Assembly (NCBI GenBank): GCA_963797565.1
Contig: CAWCPM010000010.1
Span: 69,834 to 133,833, forward strand
Direction: 5' to 3'
From: an uncultured Actinomycetes bacterium
Lineage (GTDB): Bacteria > Actinomycetota > Thermoleophilia > Gaiellales > JAICJC01
Length of the DNA stretch: 64,000 nt
Program-made: the position numbers and the translations under genes
Notes under the pieces: generated by a model
The model's input: the letters and a program-made list of their open reading frames with translations, nothing else
The model's database searches: none
What the model was told of the DNA's origin: nothing
Part shown: one piece after another, positions 33,293-41,921 of the stretch
How positions within the stretch are numbered: position 1 is the stretch's first letter
Layout of the letters: every line of letters begins with the position of its first letter

Positions 33293-34470
33293 GACTCGAT
33301 CAGCTCCTCGGACGCCGTGGTGATCGTCTCGAACCCGTCGGCCGTGACGGCGTACATGTTCTCGATTCCGACCGCCCCCCGCTCCGGGAACACGAACTTG
33401 GGCTCGACCGCGATCACGTTTCCCTCGACCATCGGCTCGTCGAACCCGGGCGCCAGCACCGGCAGCTCGTCGATCTCCATGCCCACGCCGTGCCCGAGGA
33501 AGCGGATCCGCCCCGCACCGTGCCCCATGAAGTGCTCGCCCAGCCCGGCCCGCTCGGCCAGCCGCTCGGCCAGCTCGAACAGCGCGCTGGGCGCCGTGCC
33601 CGGCCGGATCTCGGGCTCGACCGCGCGCAGGATCTCGACCGCCCGGTCGTACGCGGCGCGCAGGTCGGCGGCAAGCGGACCGAGCGCGAACGTGCGCGTC
33701 TGGTCGGCCAGGTAGCCCTGGTGGCCGCCGACCAGGTCGACGATCACCGGATCACCGGCGGCCAGCACGTGGTCGTCGGGGCCCTTGCCCAGCACCGGGT
33801 TCGGCCCCGGCCCGCACAACGGCGAGTCGGAGTACCCGGGCACGGCCCCGCTCGGCCCGCACAGCACCTGCCCGTAGTGCATCTCCTGGTTGAAGCCGCG
33901 GAACCGCAGCTGTCCCTGGTGGCCCGCCCCGCGCAGCACACGCTCCACGTCGGCCTGCACGGTGGCCTCGGAGACGCCCGCGCGAAGCAGCGACGGCACC
34001 CGCTCCGCGGCCACCCGCACCTGCTCGGCCGCCGCCCGCATCTGCTCGAGCTCCCAGCCGGTCTTGACCGCGCGCACCGAGCGCAGCGCCTGCGAGCAGT
34101 CGCCCAGCCGGTATCCCGTCAGGCGTTTCTGGTAGCCGAGGTACCGCGCTGCGGGCAGCACATCCAGCTCGAGCCCGACCAGCGCACCGTCATCCACGCC
34201 GCAGCCGGCCAGCGCGGCCGGCAGCCCCGACAGCGATCCCAGCGGCTCGATCAGCTCCAGCGGCGACTCGACCCGCGCCCGCTCCAGCGTGCGCCGCACC
34301 AGCAGCACCGGCCGGCCCGATGCCGGCACGATCAGGTGCGCCTGCTGGTTGGTGCCGGTCAGGTAGGCGAGGTCGGTGCTCTCGACGATCACGGCGGCAT
34401 CGAGGCCGCCCGCCGCAAGGGCCGCCTGGAACCGCGCGATCCGCCCCTCGATCTCCTCGGCCGCAATCAC
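33289..34470 (-). CDS. M24-family Xaa-Pro aminopeptidase/dipeptidase
   Basis: Creatinase-like N-domain plus pita-bread fold (HGVGMEIDE..IAVEP). GTG 34470 is chosen as the start. The stop overlaps the ACAD start. Confidence 0.8.
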   Translation of the reverse strand: MIAAEEIEGRIARFQAALAAGGLDAAVIVESTDLAYLTGTNQQAHLIVPASGRPVLLVRRTLERARVESPLELIEPLGSLSGLPAALAGCGVDDGALVGLELDVLPAARYLGYQKRLTGYRLGDCSQALRSVRAVKTGWELEQMRAAAEQVRVAAERVPSLLRAGVSEATVQADVERVLRGAGHQGQLRFRGFNQEMHYGQVLCGPSGAVPGYSDSPLCGPGPNPVLGKGPDDHVLAAGDPVIVDLVGGHQGYLADQTRTFALGPLAADLRAAYDRAVEILRAVEPEIRPGTAPSALFELAERLAERAGLGEHFMGHGAGRIRFLGHGVGMEIDELPVLAPGFDEPMVEGNVIAVEPKFVFPERGAVGIENMYAVTADGFETITTASEELIES

Positions 34471-34491
34471 GCGGCGTAGACTACCGGCCGC

Positions 34492-35970
34492 TTGATCCTC
34501 CACAACGGCCCGATCTACACGATGGATCCGCGCCTGCCCCAGGTGCGGGCGCTGGCGGTGGCCGGCGAGCTGATCGCCGGCGGAGTGGACGTGCGCGAGG
34601 GCGATTCCGACACCGTCGGACACGAGCGGATCGACCTGGACGGGCGCTGTGTGCTGCCCGGGTTCACCGACGCCCACGTCCACTTCCTGGACTGGGCGCT
34701 CGAGCGCACCTGGCTCGACCTGCACGGCTGCCGCAGCCTGGCGGAGGCCTGCGCCGCGGTCGGCTCAGCGGGAGACGGCGACGGCTGGCTGCGGGGCAAG
34801 GGCTGGCTGGAGGCGACCTGGCCGGACGGCCCGCCGCACCGCGCCGCGCTGGACGAGGTCACCGGGGAGCGGCCGGCCGCGCTGTGGGCTCACGATCACC
34901 ACACGCTGTGGGTGAACAGCGCGGCGCTGCGCGCCGCCGGCGCCGAGCACCCGACCGGCGTGCTTCAGGAGTGGGAGGCGTGGCGCTTCCCGGTGCCGCC
35001 GGCCACGTCGCTGGAACGCTCGCAGGCGCTGCGCGAGGGCATGGCCGTGGCCAACGCCCGCGGCGTGATCGGGGTGCACGACTTCCAGGCCCAGGGCGGC
35101 CGCGGGCTGTGGCAGCGCTACGACGCCGACCGGCGGCTGACGCTGCGGGTGGCGATGAGCATCCCGTTGCCGGCGATCGAGGCGGCAAAGGCGCTGGAGC
35201 TGCGCAGCGGCTTTGGCAGCGCCCTCTTGCGGATGGGACCGGTGAAGGCGTTCATGGACGGCACGCTGGGGTCGCGCACGGCGTGGATGCTGGACGGATC
35301 GGGCGAGCAGCTGCTGTCGGAGGACGACCTGGCAGACGGCATCGCGGAGGCCACCGCCTGCGGCCTGGCGGTGGCCGTCCACGCGATCGGCGACGGCGCC
35401 AACCGGGCGGCGCTGAACGCGTTCGAGCGCACCCGGGAGCTGTGGCAGCAGGCGCTGCTGCGGCCGCGCATCGAGCACGCGCAGTGCCTCGACGACGCCG
35501 ACCTGCCCCGCTTCGCCGAGCTGGGCGTGATCGCCTCGGTGCAGCCGGTGCACGCGACCAGCGACCGAGACCTGGCCGACGAGATCTGGGGCGAGCGCGC
35601 CGCCAAGGGCTACCGCACCCGCGACCTGCTCGACTCGGGCGCTCACGTCGTGTTCGGCGCCGACCCGCCGATCGAGGAGCTCGACCCGATGGCCGCGATC
35701 CAGGCCGCCGTGCACCGGACGCTGGACGAGCGCGAGCCGTGGCACCCGGAGCAGCGGATCCCCGTGGCCGACGCGATCTCCTGCCACACCGCGGCCGCGG
35801 CCTACGCCGTCGGCGAGGAGCGCCGGCGCGGTTGCCTGCTGCCCGGCCTGGAGGCGGACCTGGTCGTGCTCGACACCGACATCGTCGCCCACCCGGAGCG
35901 CATCGCCGGCGCCCGGGTGGTCGCGACCATGCTGGCCGGCCGCTGGGTGCACGGGCGGCCGCCCTGGTGA
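34492..35970 (+). CDS. amidohydrolase-3 family metal-dependent hydrolase (YtcJ-like)
   Basis: VLPGFTDAHVHFLDW HxH motif, 492 aa, TTG start. Confidence 0.82.
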   Translation: MILHNGPIYTMDPRLPQVRALAVAGELIAGGVDVREGDSDTVGHERIDLDGRCVLPGFTDAHVHFLDWALERTWLDLHGCRSLAEACAAVGSAGDGDGWLRGKGWLEATWPDGPPHRAALDEVTGERPAALWAHDHHTLWVNSAALRAAGAEHPTGVLQEWEAWRFPVPPATSLERSQALREGMAVANARGVIGVHDFQAQGGRGLWQRYDADRRLTLRVAMSIPLPAIEAAKALELRSGFGSALLRMGPVKAFMDGTLGSRTAWMLDGSGEQLLSEDDLADGIAEATACGLAVAVHAIGDGANRAALNAFERTRELWQQALLRPRIEHAQCLDDADLPRFAELGVIASVQPVHATSDRDLADEIWGERAAKGYRTRDLLDSGAHVVFGADPPIEELDPMAAIQAAVHRTLDEREPWHPEQRIPVADAISCHTAAAAYAVGEERRRGCLLPGLEADLVVLDTDIVAHPERIAGARVVATMLAGRWVHGRPPW

Positions 35971-36043
35971 AACCGCTCGGCGTGCACAAGATCTTCACCG
36001 TCAGCTAACCGCCACCTGACAACAGGGGCGTAGCGTCGTCTGT

Positions 36044-37142
36044 GTGCAGAACTCCGTGAGGGATCTGGGGTCATCGGAGCTGTGGGAGGCTTCGCGCGCG
36101 CGCTCCAACCGGCGCCGCGAGTCGTACCGCCGCCGCCGCCAGGTGCGCCGAATGAGCGTGCCCCTGGTGATGGCTGCGACCGCAGCCGGCATGGGAGCAC
36201 CCGCCTACGCGGCGGGGAAGGAGCACCAGGCGTCGGCGAAAGCCGGGGCGCGCCGGGTGCTTCCCCGCATCCTGCGGGTGGGAGACACGGGACCGGACGT
36301 GGTCAAGCTCCAGCGCCAGCTCGGAGTCGCGGCCGACGGCATATTCGGCCGCCACACGCTGCATGCCGTGAAGCTGTTCCAGGGCTCACACGGGTTGCTG
36401 GTCGACGGCCAGGTCGGCCCCCACACGCGGGCCGCGCTTGGCCGCGGCCGGCGGCGGGACGACGGTTGGAAGTGAGATCGTCATCCGCCTGCACGACCGG
36501 GGACCGGCCGTCGCCGTGCTGCAGCGGGCGCTCGGCGTCACCGCCGACGGCGACTTCGGGCCGATCACGCTGCACGCGGTCAAGGCCTACCAGGCCCGCC
36601 ACGGGCTGCTGGTGGACGGCCAGGTGGGGCCGCACACGCGGGCCGCGCTGCACCTCGCCGCCAGCGCCGACTTCACCTTCGTGCCGCCCTCCGGCGGCGG
36701 CACGCACAGCCGGCATCACCAGACGCACCACCACCATCACCGCCACCATCACCGGACACACCACGCGAGCAGCCTCGGCGCCCGCGCGGTCGCTCTGGCC
36801 AAGCGCGAGCTGGGCGTGCGCTACGTGTGGGGCGGCGAGAGCCCCTCCGGCTTCGACTGCTCGGGCCTGATGCAGTACGTCTACGCGCGGCTGGGCGTGC
36901 AGATTCCGCGCGTGGCCGCAGACCAGTACCGGGCCGGCCGCCACGTCTCGCGGGCCGAACTGCGCCCCGGCGACCTGGTCTTCTTCGACCACCTCGGGCA
37001 CGTCGGCATGTACATCGGCGGCGGGCGCTTCATCCACGCGCCCGCACACCGGCACCGTCGTCGAGATCTCGTCGCTCTCGGGCTGGTACTCCGAGATGTA
37101 CGTCGGCGCCACCCGCGTCAGCTGATCTGGCGCATCAGCTGA
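36044..37142 (+). pseudogene. secreted cell-wall hydrolase: two PG-binding-1 domains + His-rich linker + NlpC/P60 domain; two frame switches (~36434-36445 and ~37038-37050)
   Basis: The PGB domains (GDTGPDVVKLQRQLG.. and DRGPAVAVLQRALG..) are in two ORFs in different frames. NlpC/P60 core: YVWGGESPSGFDCSGL..HVGMYIGGGRFIHAP. An alternative frame restores HTGTVVEISSLSGWYSEMYVGATRVS* (stop 37125). Confidence 0.8.
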
Positions 37143-38075
37143 GCCGCGATCCTGCCGTAGATCGACGTGGGCGACTCGGCAACGACCTGCCGCCACTGGG
37201 CCACGGCGTCGGTGTCCTGCTTGCGCCAGTAGAGCAGCAGCCCCAGGTGGAACAGCACCTCGGTGGGATCGCTGGCCTGCGCTGTGAGCGGCCCCAGCAC
37301 GGCAAACGATGCGGTGGGATCGGCCTTGTCGTAGCCGATCACGGCCACCGCCACGCGCGGGGAGACGGCGGTGGGATCGACGGCCGCGCCCTCTTCGCCG
37401 CGGCCAGCGCCGCCCGGCGGTTGCCCACCGCCTCCTCGCGCGTAGGCCAGGCCCAGCCAGGCCGGCCCGTCGTCGGGATGCTTCCGCACCCGCGCCCGCA
37501 GCTGCGTCGACCGTGCCGCGGGGCGTGCCGTCGGGTGGGATGTAGATGGGCAGGCCGGGACGCTGGTCGGTGTGCAGGGTGTTGTCGGCAACGGTGCCGT
37601 AGTAGCCGTAGAGGTCGCTGCTTCGCACCTGCTGCAGCGTCTTCTCGGCGGCCACGCAATCGCCGGCCCACAGCTGCACCAGCCCTTCGTGCAACCGCAC
37701 CACCGGCTGCGATTGGTCGAGCCCCCGCAGACCGCGCAGCGTTGCCGCGGCCCCGGCGGTGCCGTAGGCGTTCACCAGCCGCCCCACCGAGATGCGCACA
37801 TCCCCGGCCGGCAGGCGCCGCTCGGCCGCACGCAGCACGGCGTCGTTTCCCTGCCCGTCCTGGGCCGACAGGCCGCCCGGCAGGTCGAGCGCCAGCGGCG
37901 GGCGGCCGGAAAGCGCCCGGCAGGTGGCCGCCGCCGCGGCCGGCTGATCGCCGCCGCCACGCGCGCTCACGGCCACTGCGGCGGCCGCTGCGACGCCGAT
38001 CACGGCCGCCAGCGTGAGCAGCACGACCAGCCGCCGGCGGCGGCCGGGAATATGTTCGCGGGGTGGCTCGTTCAC
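37118..38075 (-). pseudogene. hypothetical membrane-anchored helical-repeat (TPR-like) protein, at least one frame switch (~37499-37512)
   Basis: The N-terminal TM anchor (RRLVVLLTLAAVIGVAAAAAV) is in frame 38075. The C-terminal 150 aa are in frame 37591. The 590-aa read-through ORF in the track becomes Arg-rich nonsense after about 37500. Confidence 0.55.
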
Positions 38076-38176
38076 ACAAGTAAGGGCATGGAGTTTGGAT
38101 CCATACCCCGCTACAATTCGGAGGGATATTCCGGCCCCGGCGCGCTTCCGCGTGTGGGGCTTCAGTGAAAGGGTAG

Positions 38177-39385
38177 GTGATGGGCGTGGCCACGTACCGC
38201 GAACATCTTGCAGCGACCAGGCGCGAGATCCGCGAGGTCACGGCCGCAGAGGCGGAGCAGCTGCTGGGCGCAGAGACGCGTCCGGTGCTGGTCGACGTGC
38301 GCGAGCGCGACGAGTACGAGCAGGGCTACATCCCCGGCGCCGTGCACATCCCCCGCGGCAACCTGGAGTCGCGGATCGAGAACACCGTGTCCGACCGCAA
38401 CGCTCCCGTGATCGTCTACTGCGCCGCCGGCAACCGCTCGGCGTTCGCCGCGAAGACGCTGCACGAGCTCGGCTACACCGACGTGGTGTCGCTGGCCGGC
38501 GGCTTCTCGGGCTGGAAGCAGAACGGCCACGAGTGGAAGCTGCCGCAGACGCTCACGCCGCAGCAGCAGGAGCGCTACAGCCGTCACACGCTGATCCCGG
38601 AGGTGGGCGAGGCCGGGCAGCTGCGGCTGCTGGACTCGAAGGTGCTGCTGATCGGCGCAGGCGGGCTGGGATCGCCGGCCGCGCTGTACCTGGCGGCGGC
38701 GGGCGTCGGCACGATCGGGATCATCGACTCCGACGTGGTCGACCGCTCCAACCTGCAGCGGCAGATCCTCCACACCGAGGACCGGATCGGCATGGCCAAG
38801 GTCGACTCGGCCGAGATCGCGATGAGCGCGCTCAACCCCGACATCACCATCGTCAAGTACACCGAGCGGCTCACGTCGGAGAACGTGCTGGACGTGATCA
38901 CCGGCTACGACGTGATCGTCGACGGCACCGACAACTTCCCCACCCGCTACCTGCTGAACGACGCCAGCCTGGTCGCGGACATCCCGGTCGTGCACGGCTC
39001 GATCTACCAGTTCGAGGGGTCGGTCACGGTCTACGCGCCGCGGGTCGGGCCCTGCTACCGCTGTCAGTACCCGGAGCCGCCGCCGCCGGAGCTGGCGCCT
39101 TCGTGCGCCGAGGGCGGCGTGCTGGGCGTCCTGCCGGGAGTGGTGGGAACGCTCCAGGCAACGGAGGCCGTGAAGCTGCTGCTGGGCGTGGGTGATCCGC
39201 TGATCGGGCGCCAGCTACGCTACGACGCCCTGGCGATGGAGTTCGTGGAGCTGAAGATGCGTCGTGACCCCAACTGCCCGGTCTGCAGCAAGGATCCTGA
39301 GCAGATCGAGTTCATCGACTACGAGCAGTTCTGCGCCGCCCCCGTGCGGGCGGTTGCTCCCGTCATCCAGAAGGCCGTCGCTTAG
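38177..39385 (+). CDS. moeZ: rhodanese-domain / MoeB-ThiF (E1-like) adenylyltransferase-sulfurtransferase
   Basis: N-terminal rhodanese with a CAAGNRS active loop. E1 domain (GAGGLGSPAALYLAAAGVG) with CxxC..CPVC zinc cysteines. It is followed by cysO-cysM-mec. Confidence 0.88.
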   Translation: MMGVATYREHLAATRREIREVTAAEAEQLLGAETRPVLVDVRERDEYEQGYIPGAVHIPRGNLESRIENTVSDRNAPVIVYCAAGNRSAFAAKTLHELGYTDVVSLAGGFSGWKQNGHEWKLPQTLTPQQQERYSRHTLIPEVGEAGQLRLLDSKVLLIGAGGLGSPAALYLAAAGVGTIGIIDSDVVDRSNLQRQILHTEDRIGMAKVDSAEIAMSALNPDITIVKYTERLTSENVLDVITGYDVIVDGTDNFPTRYLLNDASLVADIPVVHGSIYQFEGSVTVYAPRVGPCYRCQYPEPPPPELAPSCAEGGVLGVLPGVVGTLQATEAVKLLLGVGDPLIGRQLRYDALAMEFVELKMRRDPNCPVCSKDPEQIEFIDYEQFCAAPVRAVAPVIQKAVA

Positions 39386-39664
39386 ATGTCAACCGTTCGC
39401 ATGCCCCCGATCCTGCGCCAGGCCGTGGGTGGCGCGCGCGAGGTCGACGCCGACGGCGCGACCGTGCGCGAGCTGCTCGACGACCTGACCAGCCGCTACC
39501 CGTCCATCCGCGGCCACCTGCTTGACGACGGCGGCGAGCTGAACCGCTTCGTCAACGTGTACGTGAACAACGAGGACGTGCGTCTCGGCCAGGGGCTGGA
39601 CACCAGCGTCACACCCGAGTCGACCGTAATCGTGCTGCCGGCGATGGCCGGGGGCGGGCGCTAG
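39386..39664 (+). CDS. cysO: MoaD/ThiS-family sulfur-carrier protein CysO, C-terminus ..PAMAGGGR
   Basis: A 92-aa beta-grasp protein (RFVNVYVNNEDVR..VIVLPAMAGG) in an E1/CysM/JAMM context. Confidence 0.85.
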   Translation: MSTVRMPPILRQAVGGAREVDADGATVRELLDDLTSRYPSIRGHLLDDGGELNRFVNVYVNNEDVRLGQGLDTSVTPESTVIVLPAMAGGGR

Positions 39665-39666
39665 CA

Positions 39667-40626
39667 ATGGGCTGCCTGCAGATGGAGCGGGTGGCGGCGC
39701 TGTCGGCGGTCGGGAACACGCCGCTGGTGGAGCTGCCCCGGATCGGTCCGCCGACCGGCGCGCGCATCTTCGCGAAGCTGGAGGAGCAGAACCCGACCGG
39801 GTCGGTCAAGGACCGGGTGGCGCTGTCGATGGTGGAGGCGGCCGAGGACTCGGGCGAGCTCGCGCCAGGGCAGCGGATCCTCGAGCCGACCAGCGGTAAC
39901 ACCGGCATCGCGCTGGCCATGATCGGCAAGGTCAAGGGCTACCCCGTGTCGGTCGTGATGCCGGAGTCGGCCACGCAGGAGCGGGTCGAGCTGCTGCGGA
40001 TGTACGGCGCGGACATCCTGTTCTCGCCGGGGAACCTGGGCTCGAACGGCGCGGTGGCGATGGCACGCGACCTGGCGGAGCGCGACCCCAGCCTGTTCAT
40101 GCCGTTCCAGTACGCGAACGAGGCCAACCCGGCCGCCCACTACTGCGGGACGGCCGTCGAGATCCTCGAGCAGGTGCCGGGCGGCCAGGTGGACGCGTTC
40201 GTGGCCGGACTGGGCACGGGCGGCACGCTGATGGGCAACGGACGGCGCCTGCGGGAGTCGAACCCGGACGTGCAGATCGTGGCCGCGGAGCCGCTGCAGG
40301 GCGACCCGGTGATGGGCCTGCGCAGCCTCGAGGACGGCTACACGCCGCCGATCCTGGACATCCGGGAGCTCGACCGCAAGGTGCTCGTCTCCAACGGCGA
40401 GGCGGTGCTGATGCTTCGCAAGCTTCTGGACATGGAGGGGATCTTCGCCGGTGTCTCCGCGGGTGCCGCGCTGGCGGTGGCGCGCCGGGTGGCCGCCGAG
40501 ATGGACGACTCGCAGAACGTGGTGGTGCTGTTCGCCGACGGCGGCTCCAAGTACATGAGCGCCGGGCTGTACACGACGCCGCTGGAGGAGCTCGAGGCGG
40601 CCATGGACGAGCGCGTCTGGTGGTAA
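39667..40626 (+). CDS. cysM: PLP-dependent cysteine synthase (CysM-type, CysO-thiocarboxylate dependent)
   Basis: EEQNPTGSVKDR PLP-lysine motif and TSGNTGIALA. Confidence 0.9.
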   Translation: MGCLQMERVAALSAVGNTPLVELPRIGPPTGARIFAKLEEQNPTGSVKDRVALSMVEAAEDSGELAPGQRILEPTSGNTGIALAMIGKVKGYPVSVVMPESATQERVELLRMYGADILFSPGNLGSNGAVAMARDLAERDPSLFMPFQYANEANPAAHYCGTAVEILEQVPGGQVDAFVAGLGTGGTLMGNGRRLRESNPDVQIVAAEPLQGDPVMGLRSLEDGYTPPILDIRELDRKVLVSNGEAVLMLRKLLDMEGIFAGVSAGAALAVARRVAAEMDDSQNVVVLFADGGSKYMSAGLYTTPLEELEAAMDERVWW

Positions 40627-41012
40627 TCCCGGCCGCGATGCGCGACGAGATCGTCGCGCACGCACGGGCTGGGCTGCCGAACGAGGCCTGCGGCATCATC
40701 GCCGGGCTCGAGGACCGAGCCGAGCGCTTCTTCCCGGCCCAGCCGGACGAGCCCAGCCCCTACTACTACCGGATCGAATCGCGCGACCAGATCCGGATCA
40801 TGAACGAGATCGACGACGCCGGCCTCGACCTGATCGGCATCTACCACTCGCACGTGTCCTCGCCGGCCTACCCCTCGCGCACCGACGCCGAGCAGGCCTT
40901 CTGGCCGGACGCGACCTACGTGATCGTGTCGCTGGCGGGCGGCGGAGCCGATATCAAGGGCTACCGGATCGCCGAGATGGCGGTCACCGAGCAGCCGCTC
41001 AGCTTCGAGTAG
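40620..41012 (+). CDS. mec: JAMM/MPN+ metalloprotease (Mec+)
   Basis: E..HSHVSSPAYPSRTD is the JAMM motif. 130 aa. Overlaps the cysM end. Confidence 0.88.
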   Translation: MVIPAAMRDEIVAHARAGLPNEACGIIAGLEDRAERFFPAQPDEPSPYYYRIESRDQIRIMNEIDDAGLDLIGIYHSHVSSPAYPSRTDAEQAFWPDATYVIVSLAGGGADIKGYRIAEMAVTEQPLSFE

Positions 41013-41054
41013 CGGACCCGTCAGCCGGTTACGGCCGCGTCTCACCGGGGTCAC

Positions 41055-41083
41055 GCAACACCCGCGCCTGGCACCGGTGTTGC
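41055..41083. repeat. 29-nt hairpin repeat copy 2
   Basis: Identical to 26668..26696. It lies in a convergent intergenic region (mec / asnC-family gene). Confidence 0.85.
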
Positions 41084-41128
41084 CAACGAGCGCGTGACGA
41101 CGTGTGCCCGGGATGTTCGGTCGTGGCG

Positions 41129-41593
41129 CTAGGTCGCGGCGGCCGCGACCGGGCGGTTCTCGAACACGGTCGCCAGGACGACCACGGTGCGCGTGCGCTC
41201 GACCGAGTCGAGGGCACGGATCTCCCACACGAGGTGTTCCAGCGCCGGCATCGACTCGGCGCGCACCTTCAGGAGCAGCGTCTCCTCGCCGGCCACGTGG
41301 TGGCATTCCTGCACCCACGGCATGTCGGCGAACAGCTCCTCCACCAGGCCGCGCGGCCCGGCCTTCTGCGATACGAAGATGAACGCCGTCACCCCGGCTC
41401 CGACCAGAGCCGGATCGATCTCGGCCTGGTAGCCGCGGATCACTCCGCGCGCCTCCAGCTTCTTGATCCGCTCGTGTGCCGCCGTGGCCGACACGCCCAC
41501 CCGGGAACCGATATCGGCGTACGTCGTGCGGCCCTCACGCTGGAGGATCTCGATGATCGCGTGATCGGTTGCGCTCAGCTCGGCGGGCGGCAT
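41129..41593 (-). CDS. Lrp/AsnC-family transcriptional regulator
   Basis: HTH (DHAIIEILQREGRTTYADIGSRVGVSATAAHERIKKLE) plus a RAM domain. Start taken at MPPAELS (41593). Confidence 0.85.
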   Translation of the reverse strand: MPPAELSATDHAIIEILQREGRTTYADIGSRVGVSATAAHERIKKLEARGVIRGYQAEIDPALVGAGVTAFIFVSQKAGPRGLVEELFADMPWVQECHHVAGEETLLLKVRAESMPALEHLVWEIRALDSVERTRTVVVLATVFENRPVAAAAT

Positions 41594-41630
41594 GGGAGAA
41601 GCGCACGATACAGCGGTAAGCTGCGACGCG

Positions 41631-41921
41631 ATGGACGTACTCACACCGGATCAGCTGGCGTCGGCGCTCGAGTCGCTGGGCAACGGCTGGTCGCAGCAGA
41701 GCGGCGCCCTGCACAAGCGCTACGGGTTCGACGACTTCGCCCAGGCGATGGCCTTCGCGAACCGGGTGGCGGACGCCGCCGAGGCGGCCGACCATCACCC
41801 CGACATGCTCGTCGGATGGGGCCGCGTCGAGCTCGACTGGGTGAACCACAGCGCCGGCGGCATCACCGACCGCGACGTCGAGATGGCCCGGCGCTCAGAC
41901 GCGCTGGCCGACTCAGCCTGA
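41631..41921 (+). CDS. pterin-4-alpha-carbinolamine dehydratase
   Basis: DHHPDMLVGWGRVELDWVNHSAGGIT is the PCD motif. Start taken at MDVLTPDQL. Confidence 0.82.
   Translation: MDVLTPDQLASALESLGNGWSQQSGALHKRYGFDDFAQAMAFANRVADAAEAADHHPDMLVGWGRVELDWVNHSAGGITDRDVEMARRSDALADSA

Noticed and set aside
35990-36045. GTCAGCTAACC (36001-36011), just upstream of the NlpC/P60 hydrolase, resembles the conserved ACAGCUAACC 3' segment of the ydaO/c-di-AMP riboswitch. That riboswitch often precedes actinobacterial cell-wall hydrolase genes.
   Set aside because: The remaining ydaO landmarks (paired GGGGA/CCCA pseudo-symmetric halves) are not recognisable by eye. The required 5' half would have to lie inside the amidohydrolase coding region, and only about 70 nt are non-coding. 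A cmsearch with RF00379 over 35850-36160 would settle it.
36303-37117. The C-terminal 320 codons of the 590-aa minus-strand ORF 36303..38075, which overlap the hydrolase gene.
   Set aside because: After about 37500 the translation is Arg/Gly-rich nonsense, and it is antisense to a conserved NlpC/P60 gene. The real protein continues in another frame and stops at 37118.
38112-38117. A TACAAT -10-like hexamer in the relatively AT-richer divergent region between the TPR-like gene and the rhodanese-E1 gene.
   Set aside because: No properly spaced -35 element is present (TTGGAT is only about 11 nt away). It is an isolated hexamer and is not reported as a feature.
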